Shown here in pieces: positions 38,701 to 47,581 of a DNA stretch of 47,581 bases. The stretch's first letter is position 1, and every line of letters begins with the position of its first letter. This DNA is from Candidatus Micrarchaeota archaeon (GTDB lineage Archaea; Iainarchaeota; Iainarchaeia; Iainarchaeales; JAGVWC01): the NCBI GenBank assembly GCA_043803815.1, contig JAZDJR010000017.1, forward strand, positions 1 to 47,581, given 5' to 3'. The notes beneath the pieces were generated by a model that saw nothing but the letters and a program-made list of their open reading frames with translations, had not been told where the DNA came from and searched no databases. Both the position numbers and the translations under genes were made by a program.

Positions 38701-39668
38701 CCCCTTTGTTTGAATCCGGTTTGGACTTGCTTTTGATTGGTATTCTAGCGCAGGCCAAAAAAGCCAATGAAAAAAAAGTCGGGACATTGCTTGAAAAATG
38801 GCTTCAAAAATACCGGCATATTCCAGTGAATTTTTGCGACGAGCCATGGACGTTGGAAGATGCCCAAAAGCAATTGGACGCGTTTTTGCAAAAGGATTGT
38901 GCCAAAGAGCACAAGGAACTGGAAAAAAGCCATCAAAAGCGGATACTTGAAGCAAAAAAAAGGCTTGTTGCACTGGACGACCACGAAATAATGATTTTGG
39001 CGTTGGGTTTGCAGGAAGCCACGTTTTTGAACGAATATCGCAAAAACATTTTCAGCAGGATTTCGCTGGAAATCCGGCCGCTTTTTTCCAAAATCGCGGA
39101 AAAAGCCGGTTTGCGGGACTGGCACGAATGTTTTTACCTGTTGCCGGAAGAAATCGACTCGGTTTTAAAAAACAGGCTGAAGGATGCACAGCCGCTTTTG
39201 GACAAGCGACGGGCCGTGGCCATGGTTACGCGCAAAAACGGAAAAATAGAGTTTTTGGATGAAAAAGAAACCAGGCGCGTCAAAGGGTTCATCCACGAAT
39301 TGCACCAGAAAAAGCATTCCGTTTCATCGGAAGGAACCGAAGTTTCGGGTTTTAGCGCCAACGGCGGTAACGTTCGGGGAACCGTCCGGATTATCATGGA
39401 TACGCACGACTTTGACAAGCTAAACGCGGGCGACATACTGGTCACGGCCATGACTTCGGTGGAATTCATCCCCGTCATGCAAAAAGCCGCGGCTTTTGTC
39501 ACCAACGAAGGCGGAATCACAAGCCACGCGGCCATTGTTTCCCGCGAAATGAACAAGCCGTGCATCATCGGCACCAAAAACGCGACGCAAATCCTCAAAG
39601 ACGGCGACTTTGTCGAGGTGGACGCGGACAAGGGAATCGTACGAAAAATCGGAAAGCCAAAACCCTAA
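35730..39668 (+). CDS. Rifampin-phosphotransferase-like dikinase: ATP-grasp plus two [helical domain + phospho-His swivel] modules
   Basis: AGGKGASLGEM, VAVRSSATAED, GLGEAIVSG, DTEW, QSRPITT; two SHAAIV[AS]REM.KPCI motifs; no PEP-binding TIM barrel. Confidence 0.9.
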   Translation: MKKGFLTKTKVVEMSMELARDFKNLGKNDAAIAGGKGASLGEMTQAGIPVPPGFVILAGAFEQFIEEAELKADIDSVLHNVNHEEMHTVEKASEKIQALILESKMPKDIEKEILIRFKKLDAQFVAVRSSATAEDSLEAAWAGQLESYLNTTKKTLLENVKRCWASLFTPRAIFYRFEKGLHDKHISVAVVVQKMVESEVSGIGFSVHPVTQDYNQLIIEAGFGLGEAIVSGSVTPDNYIVEKKGWQILDTHVSTQTRALVRKKNGGNEWIDLSEEKGGQQVLNEKQILELAKLIVRIEQHYGFPVDTEWAYEKGKFYIVQSRPITTLAKKAPAGKKNDELTRPAESALTWYKLLARPDVDLPTISQIDVVFYGLIWEAVQKKEELLFTELKKRQLTHYIGNDPKFVGRFAYKKYFKKPAQVIDYYKKGRVLLANNRKETARWSGILQKEESDGNLLSAFKNFRNSYKPVSEIYSIISWFAIETWQEDFDDLLNGLIQKNGLEKQREQILLSAYKPWKKTALIELQEKLAKGQSPEKLAQEYQFLRSWVIIWFNPITTDWIKSLQTPAKSNRAVFSFQKLVSLLKPSKEEKEFLEVAPHIVFFKDWRDDVRRMHAFSWSFLFDAIAKRFGILREDLGYLTLEEIERIIQSGTVPVELVNQRKQKGCIVTLKQAEPFQLRVIDEVSPRFEAIIKSVEQQNQNKFVSGKIAQNGIARGIVKILRSYHDIKHVQQGQILIANSTHPNYLPAMQKAAAFVTNEGGLISHAAIVAREMKKPCIVGTQIATKVFKDGDFVEVDANQGKVFLVQDSPVAASEQQSEVPKFREKLFVGNEEWNIFVTRNMSFWHQYLSNYGHFHMPHKWDMKIPLRFLVLTEGGTHTTIFKTPENAGAFDRDVLEAFSSLKRIQSIRKKYLVFGKRLLSLQKTCQKAFTVSNWKKFSDAYALYTHGLAVTATMGRIGTEKLLEKLEKAGISKSKLHETVSVITYPKEHTPLFESGLDLLLIGILAQAKKANEKKVGTLLEKWLQKYRHIPVNFCDEPWTLEDAQKQLDAFLQKDCAKEHKELEKSHQKRILEAKKRLVALDDHEIMILALGLQEATFLNEYRKNIFSRISLEIRPLFSKIAEKAGLRDWHECFYLLPEEIDSVLKNRLKDAQPLLDKRRAVAMVTRKNGKIEFLDEKETRRVKGFIHELHQKKHSVSSEGTEVSGFSANGGNVRGTVRIIMDTHDFDKLNAGDILVTAMTSVEFIPVMQKAAAFVTNEGGITSHAAIVSREMNKPCIIGTKNATQILKDGDFVEVDADKGIVRKIGKPKP

Positions 39669-39950
39669 TTTTTTGTTTTTAACGGCAAAAGAGCCGTTTT
39701 TTGGTTTTGGACCGCGATTTTTTCCGATTTTTTTTCGGAAAAAGAGCAATGCCAATTTCGAAAGAAGAAAAAGAACGGATAGTGCGGTTCTTGCTATCGC
39801 CAAGGGCAAAGGCATGAGGTACCTACCAGCCCCAAAACGCGGTTAATTTCCAACCAATTCAATCCTTTTTTTGTTTCAGCGCGGTTTTGGAAAAATCACC
39901 GGCATTTGAATTTGCCTTGTTTTTTAATGGTTTTCGCGAACAGTCTTTTT

Positions 39951-41897
39951 ATGCGGCCATTTGAACTGACCAGCGATTACGGACCCAAAGGCGACCAGCA
40001 ACAAGCCATTGACGCGTTAGCCAAAGGAATTGAAAAAGGCGGAAAATACACGCTAATGGGGGTGACGGGTAGCGGAAAAACATTTTCATGCGCGAGCGTC
40101 ATCCAAAAAGTCCAGCGCCCGACACTCGTATTATGCCACAACAAAACCCTCGCCGCGCAGCTTTACAACGAATTCAAAAGTTTTTTTCCCAAAAACTCGG
40201 TGCACTATTTTGTTTCGTACTACGATTATTACCAGCCCGAAAGCTACCTTCCCGGAAAAGATGTTTACATTGAAAAAGACGCGCAAGTCAACGCACGAAT
40301 CGAACAGCTCCGCCTCGAAGCAACAACCGCGCTACTTACCCGAAAAGACGTCATCATTATATCGAGTGTCTCCTGCATCTACGGAATCGGAGACCCGCAA
40401 ACATTCAAAGAACTCAACCTGCACTTAACCAAAAACCAAGTCATGACCAGAAAAAAACTCATTGAAACACTCGTGTCACTCCAATACGAACGCAACAGCC
40501 AAGCGTTCGAACCCGGAATGGTACGCGTCCAAGGAGACATCTTGGATGTCCGATTCGGATACGGAGAAGACTTCGTTCGAATCGAATTATTCGGCGACCA
40601 AATCGAAAACCTCGAAATGCGAAAAGCCTTGACAGGAGAACTCATTGAAAAACTCGAAGACATCACGATTTACCCCGCCAAACACTTTGTCGTCCGCGAC
40701 GAACAAGTCAAACACGCAATCGCATCCATCCAAGCCGAACTGCGCGAAAGGCTGTCGCAACTCGGCGAACTCGAACGAACCCGCCTCGGACAGCGCACCA
40801 AATACGACTTAGAAATGCTCGAGGAACTCGGCTACTGCAACGGAATCGAAAACTACTCCCGCCACTTTGAAAACCGAAAAGCAGGAGAACCCCCATTTTG
40901 CCTTTTGGATTATTTTCCCAAAGACTTTTTGATGGTCATAGACGAAAGCCACGTAACACTTCCGCAAGTGCACGGCATGCACGGCGGAGACCGCTCACGC
41001 AAAAAAAACTTAATCGACCATGGCTTTCGCCTGCCCAGCGCATACGACAACCGCCCCCTAACCTTTGAAGAATTCGAAAAATACCTAAACAACGTCATTT
41101 TTACCAGCGCAACACCCGCGGACTACGAAATCCAAAACTCCAAACAAGTAATCGAACAAATCGTTCGGCCAACAGGCCTCGTCGACCCGCAAATCGAAGT
41201 GCGCACGGTGGAAAACCCAATCAAAGACCTCATGGCCGAAACCATTGCCATGGAACAAAAAGGATTCCGAACACTTGTGACCACCTTAACCAAAAAAATG
41301 GCCGAAGACCTCACCGAATACTTTGCTCAACACGGAGTTCGCGTACGCTACCTGCACTCCGAAATCGACACACTCGAACGAACCGAAATCATCCGCCAAC
41401 TGCGCCTCAAAAAATTCGACTGCCTAATCGGAATCAACCTTTTGCGCGAAGGACTCGACATTCCCGAAGTCGCGCTTATCGGAATACTCGATGCGGACAA
41501 AGAAGGATTCCTTCGCAACGCACGAAGCCTGATTCAAACAATCGGCCGCGCCGCAAGAAACTCCGAAGGACGCGTCATTTTATACGCCAACAAAACAACC
41601 GACTCCATGAAAAACGCGATGGATGAAACCAACCGCCGCCGCGAAAAACAACTCGCCTACAACAAAGAACACGGCATTACCCCCCAGACGATTATCAAAT
41701 CCATTCCCGAAGGAACAATCGAAATCGAAGACGTCGAACACGTGCCCCACTCCAACATTCCCGCCTTATTGGTCGAACTGGAAGCCGACATGAACCTAGC
41801 CGCGGAAAAACTCGAATTTGAAAAAGCCATCGTGCTTCGCGACCGAATCCAAAAACTCGAAAAACGCCTCAAAGCAAAAGAACCGACCGAAAATTAG
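39951..41897 (+). CDS. uvrB: Excinuclease ABC subunit B
   Basis: GVTGSGKT, FVSYYDYYQPE, DESH, GINLLREGLD, QTIGRAARN, C-terminal UVR domain. Confidence 0.98.
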   Translation: MRPFELTSDYGPKGDQQQAIDALAKGIEKGGKYTLMGVTGSGKTFSCASVIQKVQRPTLVLCHNKTLAAQLYNEFKSFFPKNSVHYFVSYYDYYQPESYLPGKDVYIEKDAQVNARIEQLRLEATTALLTRKDVIIISSVSCIYGIGDPQTFKELNLHLTKNQVMTRKKLIETLVSLQYERNSQAFEPGMVRVQGDILDVRFGYGEDFVRIELFGDQIENLEMRKALTGELIEKLEDITIYPAKHFVVRDEQVKHAIASIQAELRERLSQLGELERTRLGQRTKYDLEMLEELGYCNGIENYSRHFENRKAGEPPFCLLDYFPKDFLMVIDESHVTLPQVHGMHGGDRSRKKNLIDHGFRLPSAYDNRPLTFEEFEKYLNNVIFTSATPADYEIQNSKQVIEQIVRPTGLVDPQIEVRTVENPIKDLMAETIAMEQKGFRTLVTTLTKKMAEDLTEYFAQHGVRVRYLHSEIDTLERTEIIRQLRLKKFDCLIGINLLREGLDIPEVALIGILDADKEGFLRNARSLIQTIGRAARNSEGRVILYANKTTDSMKNAMDETNRRREKQLAYNKEHGITPQTIIKSIPEGTIEIEDVEHVPHSNIPALLVELEADMNLAAEKLEFEKAIVLRDRIQKLEKRLKAKEPTEN

Positions 41898-41960
41898 ACT
41901 CCAATCGACGCCCGAAGGGCCGACAAGACGGATAGTTCTAACGCCATTCAAATCAATTTT

Positions 41961-42329
41961 TTATAACTGAATCGTGTTTTCGTCCGCGAAGTGCCGGTCA
42001 CTGGAAACGATGGGAAGATTGTATTGCCGGCCGGTGGCAATGATAAGACAGTCCACGAGTCCGATATTGGCATGGGCTACTCGTTTTTGCACTTTAAGCA
42101 CTCCGCCGGTCTCCAATATCCCGCGGTCCAAATCCAAAACAGTGGATAACTGGTGTATCAAATCAAGAATCGTCTTCCGGTCCAAGTTCTCCCTTTCCGC
42201 CCACTCCGAAATCTCGGCAATAGAAATTGCCGAAGTAAAACACTCTTTTTCGGTCAAAAAAGTCCTGACTCGGGCGCCTTTTGGGGTTTTTAAGAAATAT
42301 TCAATCCACGCACAGGTATCCAAGAGCAT
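41961..42329 (-). CDS. vapC: VapC-type PIN domain toxin
   Basis: LLDTCAWIE, SIAEI, GLVDCLIIAT, SSDRHF. Confidence 0.92.
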   Translation of the reverse strand: MLLDTCAWIEYFLKTPKGARVRTFLTEKECFTSAISIAEISEWAERENLDRKTILDLIHQLSTVLDLDRGILETGGVLKVQKRVAHANIGLVDCLIIATGRQYNLPIVSSDRHFADENTIQL

Positions 42330-42539
42330 TCAAAAAACCCTGTCGTTATGGTCGCGCTTGAACGGTTTGGCACCCTTGGCAATGCCAAACCCTTTTTCGA
42401 TTAAAGCCAGATTTTTTTTCAAAATCGCCACTTCAATCACCTCGTCCTTTTTGATCTTGTCTTGTGCCATGACCTCGCTTGGAATCAAAACCCCGAACGA
42501 AGAGCCCACCTGCCGAACCTTTGCCTTAAACACCTGCAA
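42330..42539 (-). CDS. vapB: AbrB/MazE-fold antitoxin
   Basis: KVRQVGSSFGVLIP motif directly upstream of the PIN gene; TTG start behind GGTGGTG. Confidence 0.88.
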   Translation of the reverse strand: MQVFKAKVRQVGSSFGVLIPSEVMAQDKIKKDEVIEVAILKKNLALIEKGFGIAKGAKPFKRDHNDRVF

Positions 42540-42690
42540 AACACCACCATTATAACTTATTATAACAACTGAATTTAAATCCATTGGATAGAATAAGTCC
42601 GGCCAAAAGGTATTTTTAACAAAGAAAAATTCGTCGATTGCCAAACCCTGCAAAACTTATTCGGGCCGATTTTTCGGGCAACCGAATTTT

Positions 42691-44259
42691 TTATTTCACG
42701 TACTTTATCGTCTTGTCCATCACTTTTAGTTTTCGCTCTGCAATCCGCTCGATAAAAAAACGGTCATGCGACACCGCCAAAATTGCGCCGTCATAATTCA
42801 AAAACGCCTCTTCCAAAATTTCGCGAGCCTCAATATCCAAATGATTCGTAGGTTCGTCCAACAAAAGCAGGTTCGGCTTTTCAATCAGGATTTTGAGCAA
42901 GTTCAGCCTCGACTTTTCACCCATGGACAAATTGGCAATCGGCTTGTATACTTCCTCGTCTTTTTTAAAACCCATCATGCCCAAATGCCTTCTCGTTTCA
43001 CCCAAATCATCCAACATCGCAAAAATCTCGTCATAAACGCTTCCGTTACTCGTCAAATCCTTTAACTCCTGGTCCGCATAACCGATTTTGGCTTTCACGT
43101 CCAATAGCACCTTTCCGGATAAAGGCGAAACCCTGCCCTTGATTGTCTTAAACAACGTGGATTTTCCCGTGCCATTATCGCCGATTAAAATCACGCGCTG
43201 GTCCTTTCCCACCTTAAAATTAATGTTCGACAACAAGGGCTTGTCATAGCCAATCGTCAGGTCTTTTGCTTCCACAATAATCAACCCATGAATCGGCGAG
43301 GCCTCAAAATGCGTCTTAAACTTGGTCTGGTCCAAATCAGGCCGTTCCACCAATTCGCGCTTTTCCAGCAACTTTTCGCGGTACTTTCCCTGCGAAACCT
43401 TTTGCGGACTCTTGCCGATGCGCGCAATCTTGTCCTTTTCCGCAGCCAAATACCGCTTTTCCTGCGTAAACGCCGTCATCTGGCTGGCATACGTTCCCTC
43501 GCGGCTGACTTTGTACTGCGAATAATTCCCCATAAACTTCAACAATTTGCCGTTCTCGATTTTGATAATCGTATCGCACACCCTGTCCAAAAAAAACCGG
43601 TCATGCGACACAGCCAACACAGTTCCCTTAAACGAAACCAAAAAATGCTCCAAAATCGCCAAACGCTTAAAATCCAAATGATTCGTCGGTTCATCCAGCA
43701 ATAAAAATTCCGCGTCACTTGACAAAATCCTGGCTAACGAAACAATCGCGCGCTGTCCGGTGGATAATTCCGCTATTTTTTGGCCCAGCCAAGACTCGGG
43801 AACCTCGAGCAAATGCAGAATCGATTTTATTTTGGCGTTCGGAATTTTGGACTCGTGGTCGTTAATTTTGGACTGGAGTTCCACAAACCGGTCCGAAAGT
43901 TTGGACAATAATTCGTGGTTTTCGTATACCGCGGGGTCGGACATTTGTTTTTCAATGGACTTTATTTCTTCTTCAAAATCGCCTTGGTGGTGGACTTGGG
44001 CGGTTTCATTGATTGCTTCCCTAACGGTCTTATTCAAATCCAAGTCCGTGTTTTGGGCAAAATGAACCGCTTTTCCATCAAACGCAATTGAGCCAGAATA
44101 ATCGATTTGCCCCAAAATCGCCTTTAAAAACGTGGTTTTGCCCGAACCGTTTCTTCCAATCAATCCCGCCTTGGAACCATCCGACAAGCCGATGGAAACA
44201 TCGTTCAAAATCTCTTTTTTGCCCAAGGTTATGAAAACATTCTTGACAGAAAGAGCCAT
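42691..44259 (-). CDS. ABC-F family ATPase (ribosome-associated)
   Basis: Two NBDs (GRNGSGKT, GDNGTGKS), each with LLLDEPTNHLD and SHDRFF; GNYS linker; no TM segments. Confidence 0.92.
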   Translation of the reverse strand: MALSVKNVFITLGKKEILNDVSIGLSDGSKAGLIGRNGSGKTTFLKAILGQIDYSGSIAFDGKAVHFAQNTDLDLNKTVREAINETAQVHHQGDFEEEIKSIEKQMSDPAVYENHELLSKLSDRFVELQSKINDHESKIPNAKIKSILHLLEVPESWLGQKIAELSTGQRAIVSLARILSSDAEFLLLDEPTNHLDFKRLAILEHFLVSFKGTVLAVSHDRFFLDRVCDTIIKIENGKLLKFMGNYSQYKVSREGTYASQMTAFTQEKRYLAAEKDKIARIGKSPQKVSQGKYREKLLEKRELVERPDLDQTKFKTHFEASPIHGLIIVEAKDLTIGYDKPLLSNINFKVGKDQRVILIGDNGTGKSTLFKTIKGRVSPLSGKVLLDVKAKIGYADQELKDLTSNGSVYDEIFAMLDDLGETRRHLGMMGFKKDEEVYKPIANLSMGEKSRLNLLKILIEKPNLLLLDEPTNHLDIEAREILEEAFLNYDGAILAVSHDRFFIERIAERKLKVMDKTIKYVK

Positions 44260-44422
44260 ACCACTAAAACTTTGGGCAAAAACCTTAAAACCACAGGCAA
44301 AACGCGAATTCCGTTCACAATATACCAAAAGCAGCCGCAATAAAATCCCGAAGGATTTTATGCGCACAAAAACCACGGTTTTTGTTGCGCCGAAGGCGCG
44401 AGGAAACGGATGGCTCAAATAA

Positions 44423-47263
44423 TTAATAAGAAAGTTTTATTTCTTTTAAATGATTTTTTACTTCACATATAAATTTACTTTTTGAGCAATCCATAGTATA
44501 GAAAATTAAAGTATCCATAGCGCGAGTAGCCGCAACATAAAATAATCTTCTTTCTTCTTGTTCCTGATTAATAGGATTCGAATCTATTGCCGGCGCTAAT
44601 ATGTCCGGATTTTGCAATTCACAGGGAAAACCGTATTTATCTTTTACAACATCTAGAACGATTACAATTTTTGACTCCCTGCCCTTCGATTGATGAACTG
44701 ACATGAACTTTAAATTCCCAGAATTTGAATATTTTTCTGAAAGAATTATTCCTTTTTTTTCGAAGCCTTTAGTAGTTCTTGAACTAAATAGGAATTTCTT
44801 GAGTGAATCCTTGAAAGTATCATTACATCATTTAGTGGAAATGTAGAAGCCAATTCAATGCAATGTTCAGCCATTTGGTGATAATATTCTTTTTTGAAGT
44901 CTTTTTTATGGGAGAGTGAATATACTGTGATTTCTTTTTCCACGGTATTATTCGCTTTAATTTTTTTGCTACGCTGAGAAGCCCCATTCATTTTAATGAT
45001 TGCATTTCCAAGTTCAACAATTGATTTGTTACTTCTATAATTAGTCGTTAAATAATTTATAGTTGGGGAACAAAAATAATTTTCAAATTGTAAAAAATAC
45101 TCCAAATTAGCGCCAGAAAAAGCATATATCCCTTGCCAATCATCCCCAACACAAAACAATTTGCACCCAGCATTTTTTTTCATAAGTTCTTTAATAAGGT
45201 TAAACTTTGGTTTGCTAAAATCTTGATACTCATCTACCAAAATTTGGTCAAATTTATTTCTATAAAGCTGTTTGTTTTGTTGTAACTTGGCGATGGCCAG
45301 ATTAATCATATCATTAAAATCGATTTCCCCATTTTCACTAAGTGCTTTTTGATATAACTTAAAAATTTGATTCGCGATATTCCCAAACGCAATTATTTTT
45401 TCTGACCAAATTTCAGACTCGAGTCTTTCTTTAATTTTTTCAGGGGTTAGAGAATATGTTTTCGCTATTTTTATAAAATCCGCACAGTTATTCGATAAAG
45501 TATATGACTTTTCTTTAAGCGATTCAATAAATTCCGAGTAACTTAACTTTTTAATAACAAAAGTATCACCAGGGTTCTTTTCTTTTAGGGTTTTAATAAT
45601 TTTTTCTTTTAATTTTTCGTAAAATTTTGAATCGTTAAATTCATATGTAAAAGTTTCTACAAGGGAATATTTTTTTTGTGTTTTAAATTTATTAATTTTT
45701 AAAGTTCGGAACCGATTATAATCATCTGACGATGTTTCAAACCAATCGGGCACTTTTTTATTTCTATCGAGTGCCCAATGTTCAATGATAATATCATAAT
45801 CTTCTAAAAAAAAGTCGGGTTTAGGGATTTTTTTTTGTTCCATCATCACCAGTATAATTCATCCAATCCTGGGGCTTTTCATATAGTACATTTATTTTTT
45901 TATCGTTAATTTTATGGGTGAGTAAAAAGTTGAAAATTGCTTTTTCTTCTTCGCTTTTAACTTTTTTTCCATTTAAGGCAGTTAATTCAAGGGAATTCAT
46001 GTACTGCTTGTATTCTTTCCAGCCCACGAGGTCCTTCACGAAATCTTTTCTCGTTTTTACTAATTCCTCATTTGTGTATTTTTCAAAGTAATCCAACGCC
46101 ATTTTTTCGAAAGCCGGGTCTTTTAGTTCATTTTCAAAAAGCCCCCCAATAAACTTCTTGTAATCTGAAGACACTGTTTCATCATTTTTATCATTTTCAA
46201 ACTTTAATGTCGGCCTCTTACCCGCATCTTTTAAAATATCATACCCAAGAGAATGAAAAGTTCTGATTTCAGATGTTAGCCCATATTTTTCTTTCAAGCG
46301 TTTTTTGATTTGTTTTGCTGCACTATTTTGAAAGGCAAGTGCGAGGATTCGTTCCGGTTTTATTCCATCGGGCTTTCTTTCTATTAAATAGGCAATTCTC
46401 GTTGTTAAAACTTCAGTTTTACCCGCACCAGCACCAGCAACAATAAGATTATGTGAATCATCAACTACTATCGCTTTTCTTTGCGCGGGATCAAGGTTTA
46501 GTCCCGATTTGTTGAACAGCTTTTCATATTCTTTTACTCTTTTTTCTATAAAAATCTGGTTATAACTCAAAATAAATTTTTCAGCGATTTTAATTTCATT
46601 TTTTACTAGTTCGCGGGCGTTTTGAATTTTTTTTTCTTTAATTTGTGATATTTTTGATTCATCAACGTCATAACCATACTCTTTAATGTGGCTTAACCAG
46701 TATTTTTCTTTTGATTGTACCAAGTAGGTCTGACTTTGTTTAATATTTTTTTGAATTGAGCGGATTTTTTCTAGAAAGTCAGCTAATTTTTTTAAACGCT
46801 GGTCGTTAAGTATTTTTTTTTGAGCACCACCAAAATTCAATAAACATTCGTCAACCTCTTTTTCAGTTTTTGTTATAAGCGTGTCTAATTCAGAATTAGC
46901 TTTTCTGTAAACCAACTCAGCAAGTTCTACATCCCCCTCAGCCCAGATAATATTATCTCTTAACTCAGATATTTTTTTTACCAATTTTTTTCTTCTTCGT
47001 TCCAATTTAAGTTTTTCTTGCTGTAATTTACCAAAGATTACCAAGTAATCTAAAATTTCTTTATTGCTTTTTTTTTGAAGAGAATCCATTTCAGATACTG
47101 CTTTTGTATAAATTAATTCAGCAAGTTCGGTATCCCCCTCTATCTCAATTACACTGTTTTTTAGTTTTTTAAATTGGATTAACAGATTTTTTTTTCGTTC
47201 TTTTTCAACAATACCATCAAAGAAGTTTTCCACAAACAGTTTGAATCTAGTTATAGGGTTCAT
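44423..47263 (-). pseudogene. UvrD/helicase IV-like SF1 helicase with inserted PD-(D/E)xK nuclease-like domain, split in three frames (45821-47263, 44746-45849, 44423-44704)
   Basis: AGAGAGKT, RTFHSLG, KSEEE...PDF...IEHWA, ILVDEYQD, VGDDWQGIY, NYRS, SVHQSKGRE, EERRLFYVAATRA; both breaks lie in poly(A) tracts. Confidence 0.85.
46826..47152 (-). repeat. Internal tandem duplication (201-nt period) in the helicase N-terminus
   Basis: VIEIEGDTELAELIYTKAVSEMDSL versus IIWAEGDVELAELVYRKANSELDTL; ATCCCCCTC at 47132 and 46931. Confidence 0.85.
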
Positions 47264-47581
47264 ATATTATACGCCGCAATTTCTATTCAATATGCCATTT
47301 ACTAACACTCTGTTCATTTTTAGCTTTTTCGTGAATAAGTTCTCTTATCTCTTCGGGAACGCGTATTTGTATAAGTCAGCATTCTTCTTATTCACCGGCA
47401 CTGCGGGGTGCAAAGTAATATTGGCTCTGGTTTTGGAATATAGCTGTTACGTGACAGCGGATATGACTCCGCTTTTTAGTTTTTTTCTGAATGTTTGATT
47501 GGGTGTTTGGTATTTTATTCCTGAGTGTGGCGTTTTGTTGTACTCGCGCTGGTAGCGCGACAACAACACGTTGGCGTGGCC

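Larger units (their letters stand above)
44420..47500. mobile_element. AT-rich horizontally acquired islet carrying the helicase gene
   Basis: Abrupt visible drop in GC content and change in codon usage relative to flanking genes; no mobility gene seen. Confidence 0.55.

Noticed and set aside
35730-39668. Annotation as PEP synthase (ppsA) or pyruvate phosphate dikinase
   Set aside because: The domain order differs and the C-terminal PEP/pyruvate-binding barrel is absent
39420-39815. Minus-strand ORF with hydrophobic then basic N-terminus
   Set aside because: Overlaps about 250 nt of the dikinase 3' end in antisense and consists largely of low-complexity intergenic sequence
47241-47498. 85-aa Phe-rich plus-strand ORF
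   Set aside because: Composition reflects T-rich DNA, it overlaps the helicase start, and it has no RBS or motif

Overview
Archaeal chromosomal segment, most consistent with a DPANN lineage (probably Ca. Iainarchaeota/Diapherotrites). Evidence: group II chaperonin, tRNA splicing endonuclease, AlaX, two histone-fold proteins, a KaiC/RAD55-type ATPase, GGTGA/GGAGG ribosome-binding sites and TTTAAA-type TATA boxes. Housekeeping genes (thermosome, MgtA-type P-ATPase, bacterial-type Tgt, AlaX, EndA, UvrB, ABC-F) are interspersed with accessory regions. (1) Two coupled ~1.2-kaa surface proteins. (2) An island at ~16.3-25.6 kb in which three direct copies of a novel ~32-50 bp site (GGCCTCAGTTCGCYCATCT-N6-AAAGRTG, containing an internal inverted repeat) delimit two gene cassettes (HTH-MNT/HEPN and HTH-Fic/EgtD-like methyltransferase). 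Next to them is a six-gene, translationally coupled tailoring cluster (PIG-L deacetylase, GT8, APH-type kinase, radical SAM/SPASM, two methyltransferases). (3) A pair of rifampin-phosphotransferase-like genes with one ATP-grasp domain and three phospho-His modules. (4) A VapBC pair. (5) An AT-rich UvrD/helicase IV-nuclease gene broken by two poly(A) frameshifts. No rRNA, tRNA, CRISPR array, integrase or transposase was recognised. All assignments come from motif recognition by eye, without database searches.
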